42,149 bases of DNA from Candidatus Woesearchaeota archaeon (GTDB lineage: Archaea; Nanobdellota; Nanobdellia; Woesearchaeales; WJKR01). Positions 8,456-17,060 of this stretch are shown here, piece by piece (position 1 is the stretch's first letter; every line of letters begins with the position of its first letter). The translations under genes were made by a program, and so were the position numbers. The notes under the pieces were generated by a model, which saw only the letters and a list, made by a program, of their open reading frames with translations, searched no databases and was not told where the DNA came from. The DNA lies in assembly GCA_014729015.1 (NCBI GenBank), contig WJKR01000009.1, positions 1 to 42,149 on the forward strand. The letters are read 5' to 3'.

Positions 8456-9094
8456 CTAGCTCACCTTGTTGTACGTGATGATGTTGCCCCGCCCCTTTTT
8501 TATCTTTTTGATTTTGTTGCTCGCTTCGAGGCTGCTGAGGGCCAGGCTGATGGTCGCTTCTGCGTACGGGAATGCTTTCCTGATGTCCTTTTGCGTGGTC
8601 CGCTTGTGCTGTCTGATGAATCGTAGCAGCTTGGCTTCGAGGTCTCCCTCGTCGGCCGGCTGCTTCTTCCTGAGTTTGAGCGCGCCGAGGATAATGATGG
8701 TGATGCCGACGATGATGAGGATGACGTAGCGGGCGGTGTTGTCCTGTTCTGGTTCCAGCAGGTTGTCGAGTTCCGGCGCTTCGAACTCTTCTAATTGCTG
8801 GAACAGTATGAGGTCGTACGTGAATTCCCCTGTCTCGGGCACGGTGATGCTCGCTTGCGCCTGCTCCTCCAATCCTTGCGCTGACGTCTTGCTGACGCTA
8901 AGCAGGTACGAGCCGGCAGGTACTCGCAACGTGTACGTGCCGTCGGTGGCGACGACAGTCTGCGGCGGGAGGGTGTCGATCTGGACGACCGCTCCTGGCA
9001 CTGGTTGTAAGCTGTAATCGTAGACGGTGCCTGTGAGCGTGGCGGCGCTGCTGAGAGGGATGAGCAGCAAGACGAGGAGCGGCCAGTGTCTCAT
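8456..9094 (-). CDS. membrane-anchored winged-HTH protein with an extracytoplasmic CarboxypepD_reg-like beta-sandwich
   Basis: 212 aa. Signal peptide MRHWPLLVLLLIPLSSAA. GTVYD...PVPGAVVQID...TDGTYTLRVPAGSYLLSV fits the carboxypeptidase-regulatory-like pattern. One TM helix (ARYVILIIVGITIIILGAL), then LRFIRQHKRTTQKDIRKAFPYAEATISLALSSLEASNKIKK (wHTH-like). TATA at 9116-9124 lies 21 nt upstream of the ATG. Confidence 0.6.
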   Translation of the reverse strand: MRHWPLLVLLLIPLSSAATLTGTVYDYSLQPVPGAVVQIDTLPPQTVVATDGTYTLRVPAGSYLLSVSKTSAQGLEEQAQASITVPETGEFTYDLILFQQLEEFEAPELDNLLEPEQDNTARYVILIIVGITIIILGALKLRKKQPADEGDLEAKLLRFIRQHKRTTQKDIRKAFPYAEATISLALSSLEASNKIKKIKKGRGNIITYNKVS

Positions 9095-9284
9095 GGGATT
9101 GCTAGCGGGCGGCGGTTTAAAAAATTATGGTTCTGGGCAGGAAAGCTTCGTAAAGTTTCAGCAGCTATAATTCGGGTGTTTCAGCAGTTCTTGACGGCTG
9201 TTCTTTCGTTCTGCCTCAAGCATGCTTATAAGGAAACAGTGATACTTTGTTCTTCATGACAATCCTGAAAGGGAGGTATGAACA

Positions 9285-11135
9285 ATGAAAAAAACGTATG
9301 CATTACTGGTGATGGCGCTCATGGCCATGAGTTTGGTACCGGGAGCCACCGCGGTGAACACCGATAACGCGCTTGTCTCGACGAACGCTGCCGACGCGTC
9401 GAACACTACCGTGACTTCAGGGGACGACGACACCCCTGCTCCTGTGCTGACGAACAATGGGGACAGCACGTTCTATGATGCCTGCGTGTCCCGCGTGCAC
9501 CAGGAGTTTCCTGCCGCCGATGACGACCGGGCGGTGAGGTTCTGCCGTAAGGTCGCAGGCACCGCGGCGGTCGCGAGGTGCAAGCAGTACGTCCGTGAAG
9601 AGTTCCCCCACGCAGCTGCGGGCAAGCCGCTGGCATTCTGCAACGCCGTGATGGGATTGGTGGTCGCCGCTGATGACACTGCAGAAGCGGTCACTGCGGT
9701 GAGTAGCACGAAGACCCATTATGAGCGCTGCAAGGAGGTCTTGCTGGATGAGTTCCCAGGCGCTGACGAGCAACGCGTCCACCGATTCTGCGGTTTGAAG
9801 ACCATGACGAGGAACACGTGTGTCCGGCACTTGCGCAGCGAGTTCCCGGACAAGGAAGACGCTAACATCGTCCGCACCTGCAACCAGATAACCACTGCGG
9901 TCGCTGCAGCAGCGATTGAGAGCAACGTTCCTTCGTTGACTGCTGAGCAACGAGCACGACTCGAAAAACTTGAGATTGCCGAGGTGCGCAAAATAGTTGC
10001 TAATCATCCGAAGATTGCGAGGAAGATTGCTGCGTTCACCAATGCAGAAGTCGAGAAGCTAGGGAAACTTGACCGTGCTCGCCTCAAAGTATACGCTGGG
10101 AAGACCCCTGAAGAGATCAAGGAGGCACTGAAAAAGGTGCATGTCACCAGGGTCAAGAAGGAGGAGGCTTTCCGCAAACGGGTCGTCTCTGAGGAGCGGC
10201 TGCGAGCAGCCGAGAAGAAGTACCATAATGCGGTGCGGCATTACAACGCTGCGAAGGACGATTTCGTAGAGCAGAAGCGAGCATGGGAAGAGGCGGTGGA
10301 AGCAGGCGATGAGGCGGCCGCGATCGAGCACGCAAAAGCGTACTTGGGCCACGCCGTGGACATGGTCATCGAGTCTTTGGAGAAAGTGAGGGCGAAGATC
10401 GAAGCAAACGATGACATGGCTGAAGAGGACGTCGCTGAAGCGCTCGCTGATATCGACGAGAAGATCAGCACGATGGCATCATTACAGGAAGAGCTCGAAG
10501 CCGCTGAGACCAAGGAAGCGGTCAAGGCGGTGGGGAAGAAGATTCTTGCTGCTTGGGAGCGCACCAAGCACCGGCTCCACGTGCACGCGGAGAAGGTGGT
10601 GCGATCGCAGGTCGGTGAGATCATGTCCCGCAGCGAAGTGCTAGAGCAGCACTTGGACCGCTTGTTGGCGAAGATGGAAGAAGGTGGCATAGACGTCAGT
10701 GACTACGATGGAAAACTCGAGCTTTTCAGTGAGAAGATAGCTGATGCCCGGGAGAAGTTCAAGGCGTCAGAGGACTTGTTTGAGCAGGCGAAAGACGAAT
10801 ATGACCGGGACGCCTTCCAACGATCGAAGGAGCTCGCCCGAGAAGCCCATGACTTGCTGAAAGAGGCTCACCAGATATTGGTGGAGCTCGTGAGGGACGT
10901 GAAACAAGCCGGCTTCGACGTCGATGACGACGAGGAATACGTGGAAGTCATCGAAGAGGATGAGGACGACGAAGCGGTCGTTTGCTGTATGGCGATGACT
11001 GCTGAGTGCTTGGCATGCGTTGCCGGAGAGGACGTCGAAGACTACTGTGCCGACCACCCTGAAACTGCTGGTTGCGACGAGTACGTCGAAGGCGAGGAAG
11101 AAGGTAACGATACCGGCGGGAACGAGACCGCGTAA
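9285..11135 (+). CDS. secreted repeat / coiled-coil protein with a Cys-rich acidic C-terminus (function unknown)
   Basis: 616 aa. Signal peptide MKKTYALLVMALMAMSLVPGATA. Four C..EFP..C repeats, a long charged helical region, and a C-terminal CCMAMTAECLAC...C...C cluster. GGGAGG lies 8 nt upstream of the ATG. Confidence 0.7.
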   Translation: MKKTYALLVMALMAMSLVPGATAVNTDNALVSTNAADASNTTVTSGDDDTPAPVLTNNGDSTFYDACVSRVHQEFPAADDDRAVRFCRKVAGTAAVARCKQYVREEFPHAAAGKPLAFCNAVMGLVVAADDTAEAVTAVSSTKTHYERCKEVLLDEFPGADEQRVHRFCGLKTMTRNTCVRHLRSEFPDKEDANIVRTCNQITTAVAAAAIESNVPSLTAEQRARLEKLEIAEVRKIVANHPKIARKIAAFTNAEVEKLGKLDRARLKVYAGKTPEEIKEALKKVHVTRVKKEEAFRKRVVSEERLRAAEKKYHNAVRHYNAAKDDFVEQKRAWEEAVEAGDEAAAIEHAKAYLGHAVDMVIESLEKVRAKIEANDDMAEEDVAEALADIDEKISTMASLQEELEAAETKEAVKAVGKKILAAWERTKHRLHVHAEKVVRSQVGEIMSRSEVLEQHLDRLLAKMEEGGIDVSDYDGKLELFSEKIADAREKFKASEDLFEQAKDEYDRDAFQRSKELAREAHDLLKEAHQILVELVRDVKQAGFDVDDDEEYVEVIEEDEDDEAVVCCMAMTAECLACVAGEDVEDYCADHPETAGCDEYVEGEEEGNDTGGNETA

Positions 11136-11190
11136 AGCGCAAAGCATTTATATGAAGATGATTTTGTGCGAAACCGTGAGGTGATTGTTC

Positions 11191-11397
11191 ATGCGCTACG
11201 CATTCCTGATGATTGTTGCCCTCTCATTGTTGTTGGCCGGCTGCGGCACCCTCGAGGAGATGCAGACGCCCAGCGACGCCTCGTCCTCTCCTGATGGGGT
11301 GGCGGGTGACGCCGTGGTCAACACATCTGTCGAGGATGACCTGGTCGGGGACGACCTTGACGACGCGTTGAGCGGCATCGACCTCGATGACTGGTGA
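11191..11397 (+). CDS. small acidic putative lipoprotein
   Basis: 68 aa from the ATG at 11191, with GAGGTGA 6 nt upstream. Lipobox LLLAGC after a hydrophobic N-terminus. The rest is D/S-rich and ends in DLDDW. Confidence 0.55.
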   Translation: MRYAFLMIVALSLLLAGCGTLEEMQTPSDASSSPDGVAGDAVVNTSVEDDLVGDDLDDALSGIDLDDW

Positions 11398-11399
11398 CC

Positions 11400-11420
11400 T
11401 TTTTTTTTCTTCTTTTCCTT
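11400..11420 (+). terminator. oligo-T terminator
   Basis: Nine T at 11400-11408 followed by CTTCTTTTCCTT, immediately after the stop at 11395-11397. Confidence 0.45.
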
Positions 11421-11462
11421 CTTTAAATAACTATTATATACGATGAGCGTTTCCTCGGTGCC

Positions 11463-12530
11463 ATGGAGCCGGTAATCATTGACGGCAGCGAGGGCGAAGG
11501 GGGCGGTGCCATGCTCCGGCAGGCGCTGGGGCTCAGCATGCTCCTGGGCAAGCCGTTCGTTATGGAGAACATTCGCGTCGGCAGGAAGAACCCAGGGCTG
11601 TCCTGGCAGCACCTCACCGCCTTGAATGCGGCGCACCAGGCCTGCGACGCGCGGGTGGAAGGCAACCAGATAGGCTCGATGACGGTCTCTTTTGCCCCTG
11701 GCAAGTTGGAGAAGACGCGGTTGTCCTTGGATATCGGCACCGCCGGTTCTGTCACGTTGCTGCTCCAGGCGTTCTTGCTCCCGGCGTTGTTCTCCGGCCA
11801 AGAGTTCCGCCTCGCCGTCAAGGGCGGGACCGACGTGGCGTGGAGCATCCCCGCAGATTATTTCAGCAACGTGCTGTTGCCGCAGCTGAAGAAGTACGCG
11901 GACGCCTCGTTGCTTGTACGGAAGCGGGGGTTCTACCCGAAAGGCGGCGGCGAGGTCTTGTTCACGAGCAAAGGGAGGTATGCGTTCGGTGAAGGATTGC
12001 CCCGTATTGCTTTGCTGGAGCAAGGCGACGTGTTCAAGGTCGGCGGGCTGAGCTGTGCGTCATCATTCCTGCAGCCTTCCCGCGTCGCTGAGCGGCAGGC
12101 GAGCAGCGCTCGTCTTTCCTTGGCACGATTAGGCGTGCCCGTCGATGTCATGATGAACTATCTGCAGACCCTGAGTCCCGGAAGCTACCTCGTGCTGTGG
12201 GTGGTCTGCGGCGGCGAGGAAGGCTTGGACATGGAGAACCCGGTCTTGCTGGGCGCTTCTGCGCTCGGCGAGCGCTCGTTACGCGCCGAATCAGTGGGCG
12301 AAGCTGCGGCGAAGGACCTGCGGGAAACGCTGATGAGCGGCGCTGCGTGCGACGAGCACCTCGCCGACCAGCTGATACCGATCATGGCCTTGACCGGCGG
12401 AAAGCTGCGCACGAGCAAGATTTCTCGGCACGCCCGCAGCAACGTCTACGTGGCGGAACAATTCCTGGACGTGTTGTTCGTGGTGGATGAAGAACGGAAT
12501 ATCATCAGCTGCGAGCCCGCTTCCGCTTAG
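11463..12530 (+). CDS. rtcA: RNA 3'-terminal phosphate cyclase
   Basis: 355 aa. IDGSEGEGGGAMLRQALGLSMLLGKPF...IRVGRKNPGL and GTAGSVTLLLQ are RtcA signatures. TTATATA at 11434-11440 lies 22 nt upstream of the ATG. Confidence 0.9.
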   Translation: MEPVIIDGSEGEGGGAMLRQALGLSMLLGKPFVMENIRVGRKNPGLSWQHLTALNAAHQACDARVEGNQIGSMTVSFAPGKLEKTRLSLDIGTAGSVTLLLQAFLLPALFSGQEFRLAVKGGTDVAWSIPADYFSNVLLPQLKKYADASLLVRKRGFYPKGGGEVLFTSKGRYAFGEGLPRIALLEQGDVFKVGGLSCASSFLQPSRVAERQASSARLSLARLGVPVDVMMNYLQTLSPGSYLVLWVVCGGEEGLDMENPVLLGASALGERSLRAESVGEAAAKDLRETLMSGAACDEHLADQLIPIMALTGGKLRTSKISRHARSNVYVAEQFLDVLFVVDEERNIISCEPASA

Positions 12531-14323
12531 CGTTCGAGCATGGCGAGGTGGAGGTCGGCGTAGAGCTCCCTGACAGCATCGTAGACCATGTCTTTTTCTT
12601 GGCCGGTGAGCTTTCCCTGCTCGTGCAGCCGCCGGAGCTCGTCGTAGAGCTGTTTCGCCTTGTCGAAATCCTTCTCCGCGATGGCTTTGGTGCAGTCGTC
12701 GATCTTCGTGACGATGTAGTGGTGCTCTTGCTCGAGCGCGGGTTTCGGGATGTCCTTGAACGAGATGTGGTCGGTCTTGATCTCCTTGAGCGCGTGCTGG
12801 AGGTATTTCTGGAAGCCCTCGTTGTCAATCTCGCGCTTCATCTTCTCGACCTCCGCCCGTTGGCTGCTGATGTCGTTGTCGACGGCGATGATCTTGTCCA
12901 CGGTGCCTTGGACGAGTTGCTCCCGTCGCTGCATGCGCTCCTCGTACGCCTTTTTCTCTGACTCGTACGCCTCCCGCTGTGCTTGCAGCGTGGCCATGCC
13001 GATGCGCAACTGCTCCTGCTCCTGCTCGAACTTCGCCCGCCCGTCCATGAGCGCTTGTTCGTCCGTCTTCTTCTTCTCGGCGAGGCCTGCTTCTCGCTGC
13101 TTGAGCTCTGCTTGTCGCTTGTCATAGGCCTCCTGCGCTTCTCGCTCCCGCCGGTCGAGGTCTCCCTCTCGTTGCGTGAGCTGTTGGACGACTCCTTCCT
13201 GCTCCTGGAGGAATGATTCCGCCGCTGCCTGTTGCTGCGCCAGCCGCTCTTCCTGCTCCTTGATATCCGCTGCCCAACTCTCCTGCTGTTCTCGGAGCCG
13301 AGCTTCTTGGTCTTTGAGCTCTTGCCGCACGCGCTTGAGCGCCTCTTCCCGCTCGGCGACCTGTTCCTCCTGGTGGTGGAGTTGGCGTACCTCCGCTGCG
13401 AGTGTCTCTCTGAGCTGGTGGTAGCGCTCGTCGAACGATTGCTGGTATGCCTGGAGCCCTTTGATGAGCTTTGCTTGGAGCTGCGGTGGGTTGAGCCTCG
13501 CCGACTGGCTTGCCCGCTGCGCGAGGTCGGCGATGCGCTGGACGAGCTCCTCCTTGTGCTCGGTGACGAGGTGCTGGTACGTCTCTTCGTCCATGAGCTC
13601 GAGCGCCTGCCGAAGGTCGTGGATGTTGCGGATGAGCGTCTCGTCCTTCTTGACGAGGAGCTTCTCGAGCGCTGCTGCGGTGGCGCCTTTGAGTGATGGC
13701 TGGCTGACCGCTGCATGGAGCTGGTCGAGTCTCGCCGACTGCTGCTGTTTGAGGTCTTCGAACTGCTGCTCCACTGGCGCTTCCTGCACATTCGCCACCG
13801 ACACGTCGTGGTCGAGCACCGCTCTGGTGCGCAGCGCTTGGTCAATCGTCTTGATGGCTGATTCCTTGTCCGCCGCTTCGCCGAGCTTGACGGCGAGGTC
13901 GGCGTCTGACAACTCGTGGTTCGTCCACGCCGTGAGGTCCTTCATTTGTTGGCGCTTCTTGAACTCCTCGGGCGTCATCGCGCCGACGGCTCGCTTAAGG
14001 TCGGCGAGCGTGAGCGCCTGCTTGCCGTCCGGCGTCTTGATGGCGACGGCCCGCTGCTTTTTGGTGAGCGATTGTTTCATGTCACCGAGTTGCCGCTCGA
14101 GGTCTGCCGAGCGCTTCCGCGCTCGGGGGCTGGCTTGCGCTTCGGTCTGCGCCTCGGCCGCTTCTTCGGGCAGCGGCTTCGGCATCTCCTTCTTGAGCTC
14201 TTCCTTGAGAAGCGAGACGTCTCGCCCTGAAGGTTTCTTCTTGCCGAAGAGCTTGCTGAACACCCCTGTCTTCTCGTCGCTTCCTCGTGGGAGAAGTGGC
14301 GGCCGTACTTCCTCATCGCTCAC
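12527..14323 (-). CDS. long coiled-coil protein, function unknown
   Basis: 598 aa. E/Q/K/R/A-rich heptad-like sequence across roughly residues 200-480, a disordered basic N-terminus and a helical C-terminal domain. GTG start with GGGTGA 6 nt upstream. Its stop overlaps the rtcA stop (TTAG). Confidence 0.7.
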   Translation of the reverse strand: MSDEEVRPPLLPRGSDEKTGVFSKLFGKKKPSGRDVSLLKEELKKEMPKPLPEEAAEAQTEAQASPRARKRSADLERQLGDMKQSLTKKQRAVAIKTPDGKQALTLADLKRAVGAMTPEEFKKRQQMKDLTAWTNHELSDADLAVKLGEAADKESAIKTIDQALRTRAVLDHDVSVANVQEAPVEQQFEDLKQQQSARLDQLHAAVSQPSLKGATAAALEKLLVKKDETLIRNIHDLRQALELMDEETYQHLVTEHKEELVQRIADLAQRASQSARLNPPQLQAKLIKGLQAYQQSFDERYHQLRETLAAEVRQLHHQEEQVAEREEALKRVRQELKDQEARLREQQESWAADIKEQEERLAQQQAAAESFLQEQEGVVQQLTQREGDLDRREREAQEAYDKRQAELKQREAGLAEKKKTDEQALMDGRAKFEQEQEQLRIGMATLQAQREAYESEKKAYEERMQRREQLVQGTVDKIIAVDNDISSQRAEVEKMKREIDNEGFQKYLQHALKEIKTDHISFKDIPKPALEQEHHYIVTKIDDCTKAIAEKDFDKAKQLYDELRRLHEQGKLTGQEKDMVYDAVRELYADLHLAMLER

Positions 14324-14437
14324 GCATACTCACCCTCTTTTTTACCCTTTGCCTCTGCGGTGATGCGAGGGGCCGCCATATAAAAATGTTTTGTTCCTGT
14401 CACAAGCTTTTTATACTTCGTCCCTCTGGGTGGGGGT

Positions 14438-14815
14438 ATGGATGCGCAGCAGCAGGTGATGTATAAGCAGCTCGCCGCACAGGTCGCGCAGAGCGTGGAC
14501 CGCCTGGAACGGTTGGTGGATAACGTGGATGAGGCAGAGGTCGTCGTCCGGCGGACCAAGGCCCGGCAGCAAGAGTTCCAGAAGTCGTTCGCCGCGCAGG
14601 TCGCCGTCGAGGCAGTGCAGGTGGAGGGTGTCGACGCGTTGCTGCGTGAGGCGTTGCGGGAGACGGGCGAGGTCATGCTGCGTTTCCGGGAATTGGTGAA
14701 GTTGGACGCGTTGGACGTGTTGCGGGAGAAGGTCGATCGGTTCCCTTTCGAGTTCTTCGTGACCAAGGACGAGTTTTCCGCTATGCTTGCCGAGGCGTTG
14801 CGATTGCGGCTTTGA
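14438..14815 (+). CDS. hypothetical helical protein
   Basis: 125 aa. TTTTTATA at 14408-14415 lies exactly 22 nt upstream of the ATG. Composition is protein-like. No recognisable domain. Confidence 0.5.
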   Translation: MDAQQQVMYKQLAAQVAQSVDRLERLVDNVDEAEVVVRRTKARQQEFQKSFAAQVAVEAVQVEGVDALLREALRETGEVMLRFRELVKLDALDVLREKVDRFPFEFFVTKDEFSAMLAEALRLRL

Positions 14816-15662
14816 GGCTCTTGATGGCGACGGCTGCTTGCGCCGCGTCGGGTTCCTTAGTAGTGAGCCGTTGGAGGAGGAGTCCGGGCACGAGCAATGG
14901 TCTCATGAGCGCCTTCTCATGATGCTTGCCACTCAGCTTGATGAGCTCGTAGCTGATGCCCGCGATGAGCGGCAGGAATGCCACTCGTAGGGCGAGTTTT
15001 GCCCAGAACCCTGTGTTGAGCGGGATGGCGAGGTAGACGATGATGCTGATGAGGAACACGAAGAGGATGAACGTCGTGCCGCAGCGGGGGTGGAACCTGC
15101 TGCTGGCCAGGACGTTCTTGACCGTGACTTTTTTCCCTGCTTCGTAGCAGTTGATACTCTTGTGCTCTGAGCCGTGGTATTGGAGCAGCCGGTAGACGTC
15201 CTTGAGGTGGCTGATCATCCAGATGTAACCGATGAGCAGCCCTATCTTGACGAACCCGTCGACGAGGTTGAACAGGACGTTGCCGCTCTGTGTCCGTTCT
15301 TGGAAGATGGTGGCGATGAACAGGGGCAGCAGTTTGAAGATCGCGATGCTGAGCACGATGGCGAAGAGGATAGTCAGGACGAGCTCCCACACGCTGAAGT
15401 CGCCCTCCTCTTCCAACGCTTGGTTGCTGCTCCAAATCGTGGCTTTCATGCCGATGATGATGATCTCGAACAGGTTGATGACACCCCTGATGAAGGGCCA
15501 TCCCAGGATGCGTAATCGTTCCGTCCAACTCGTGTACTGGTCCTTCTTGAGCTTGATCCTGTCGGTTGGCGTCCTGACCGCGATGGTGATGCGGTCATTG
15601 TTGCGCATCATTACACCTTCCATGACTGCTTGGCCCCCGACGGCGAGCGATTCTTCTGGCAT
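14781..15662 (-). CDS. DUF1385-family membrane protein (YqhQ-like)
   Basis: 293 aa. GGQAVMEGVMMR, a multi-TM core and HGSEHKSINCYE are characteristic of DUF1385. TATA at 15686-15693 lies 23 nt upstream of the ATG. Confidence 0.8.
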   Translation of the reverse strand: MPEESLAVGGQAVMEGVMMRNNDRITIAVRTPTDRIKLKKDQYTSWTERLRILGWPFIRGVINLFEIIIIGMKATIWSSNQALEEEGDFSVWELVLTILFAIVLSIAIFKLLPLFIATIFQERTQSGNVLFNLVDGFVKIGLLIGYIWMISHLKDVYRLLQYHGSEHKSINCYEAGKKVTVKNVLASSRFHPRCGTTFILFVFLISIIVYLAIPLNTGFWAKLALRVAFLPLIAGISYELIKLSGKHHEKALMRPLLVPGLLLQRLTTKEPDAAQAAVAIKSLKAAIATPRQA

Positions 15663-15872
15663 GGGAACCGTGAGGAAGCGGCGTGTTTTAATAGGTTGCG
15701 CTTTTCTGGCGATGACCAGTAACTATTTAAATGGTGGAGGTTTCTACTCTGCATACTCGGCTGGAACAGAAGTGTCACCGGACTCGTTCTGTTTCCTCAA
15801 CGGTCATCGTTGGGTTTTTGACGTCACGAAGCGTCATCAAGCACAGTAAGGACAAAAGTGAAGTGATGAAAT

Positions 15873-17060
15873 ATGGTTACATTCGCAGATTTCGGTTTGA
15901 AGCAGGAGCTCCTGCGCGCGTTGGACGACCTCGGTTTCTCGGAGCCGACCGCAATCCAGGAACAGGCCGTCCCGCTCGTCCTCGCAGGAGAGGACGTCAT
16001 CGGCATGTCTTATACGGGCAGCGGCAAAACCGCTGCTTTTGGCGTGCCGTTGCTGCACAACGTCGAGGACGGCTACGGCTTGCAGGTTCTCATCCTCTCG
16101 CCGACGAGGGAATTGGCGGTGCAGATCGCCGGCGAGCTGGAGAAGTTTGGCAAGTACATCGTCTGCAACGTCGCGACCGTGTATGGCGGCGTGGCGTACG
16201 AGCCGCAGCTCCGCGCGATGAAGGAGGCGCACGTCTTGGTCGCCACGCCCGGCCGACTCTTAGACCATCTGCGCCAGGGCAACGTCGACTTGTCCGGTAT
16301 CTTCTCCACAGTATTAGACGAGGCTGACAAGATGGTCGAGATGGGCTTCATCGAGGACGTCGAGGACATCTTGTCGTACACGCCTGAGGACCGCCAGCTC
16401 TTGTTGTTCGGCGCCACCCTTGCCGGTGAGATCGAACGCATCAAGGAGCAGTACATGTTCGAGCCCAAGGTCGCGAAGGCGACGCTCCACGTCGATGACG
16501 ACTTGCTGCGGCAGTATTATTACAATGTGAGGCCGCACGAGAAGTTCTCGTTGTTGCTGCACTTGTTGCGCAAGGAGCGGACCGACCAGGTCATGGTGTT
16601 CTGCTCGACGCGGTCGACGGTGGAGCTGGTCTCGGACAATTTGTCCTTGCAGGGCGTTGAGAACGTGATTATCCATGGTAAGATGGCGCAGAACTCCCGC
16701 CTGCGCGCCATTAGCAGGTTTAACCGCGGCGAGGTCAAGGTCTTGGTCGCCTCGGCGGTGGCTGCTCGCGGCTTGGATATCAAGGACGTGTCGCACGTCT
16801 TCAACTACGATGTCTCTCAGGACCCTCAGGAGTACGTGCACCGGATCGGCCGGACAGCGCGTGCCGGCGAGTCGGGCAAGGCGATCACGTTGTTGGCGCC
16901 GCAGGACCATGACGCGTTCAGCCTGGTGTTCCGGAACTATGGCATCTCGCCCGAGGAGTTGCCGTGTGAGCGTTTCCGGCGCGTGCCGTTCCGGACGGGC
17001 GCTGCTCGGAAGAATGGATCGGCCCGTCGTCCTCGTCGGAGGCCTACTCCTCGTAGGTAA
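15873..17060 (+). CDS. DEAD-box ATP-dependent RNA helicase
   Basis: 395 aa. Q-motif FSEPTAIQ, motif I TGSGKT, PTRELA, DEAD variant LDEADKM, SAT-equivalent, ARGLD and HRIGRTARAG. Arg-rich C-terminal tail. Confidence 0.9.
   Translation: MVTFADFGLKQELLRALDDLGFSEPTAIQEQAVPLVLAGEDVIGMSYTGSGKTAAFGVPLLHNVEDGYGLQVLILSPTRELAVQIAGELEKFGKYIVCNVATVYGGVAYEPQLRAMKEAHVLVATPGRLLDHLRQGNVDLSGIFSTVLDEADKMVEMGFIEDVEDILSYTPEDRQLLLFGATLAGEIERIKEQYMFEPKVAKATLHVDDDLLRQYYYNVRPHEKFSLLLHLLRKERTDQVMVFCSTRSTVELVSDNLSLQGVENVIIHGKMAQNSRLRAISRFNRGEVKVLVASAVAARGLDIKDVSHVFNYDVSQDPQEYVHRIGRTARAGESGKAITLLAPQDHDAFSLVFRNYGISPEELPCERFRRVPFRTGAARKNGSARRPRRRPTPRR

Noticed and set aside
11196-12023. 275-aa minus-strand ORF
   Set aside because: Antisense to rtcA, which has clear family motifs. 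The product is low-complexity.
12838-14363. Long alternative-frame ORFs (335 aa minus strand, 300 aa plus strand) inside the coiled-coil gene
   Set aside because: Ser/Arg-rich or Ser/Cys/Ala-rich frames produced by the GAG/CAG/AAG-rich repeat-like coding sequence. Only the 598-aa frame gives a protein-like heptad sequence and has an RBS.
15863-15869. C-box-like GTGATGA suggesting a C/D box sRNA
   Set aside because: No matching D box (CTGA) or terminal stem lies at an appropriate distance. The element sits 3 nt before the helicase ATG and more probably belongs to the translation-initiation region.
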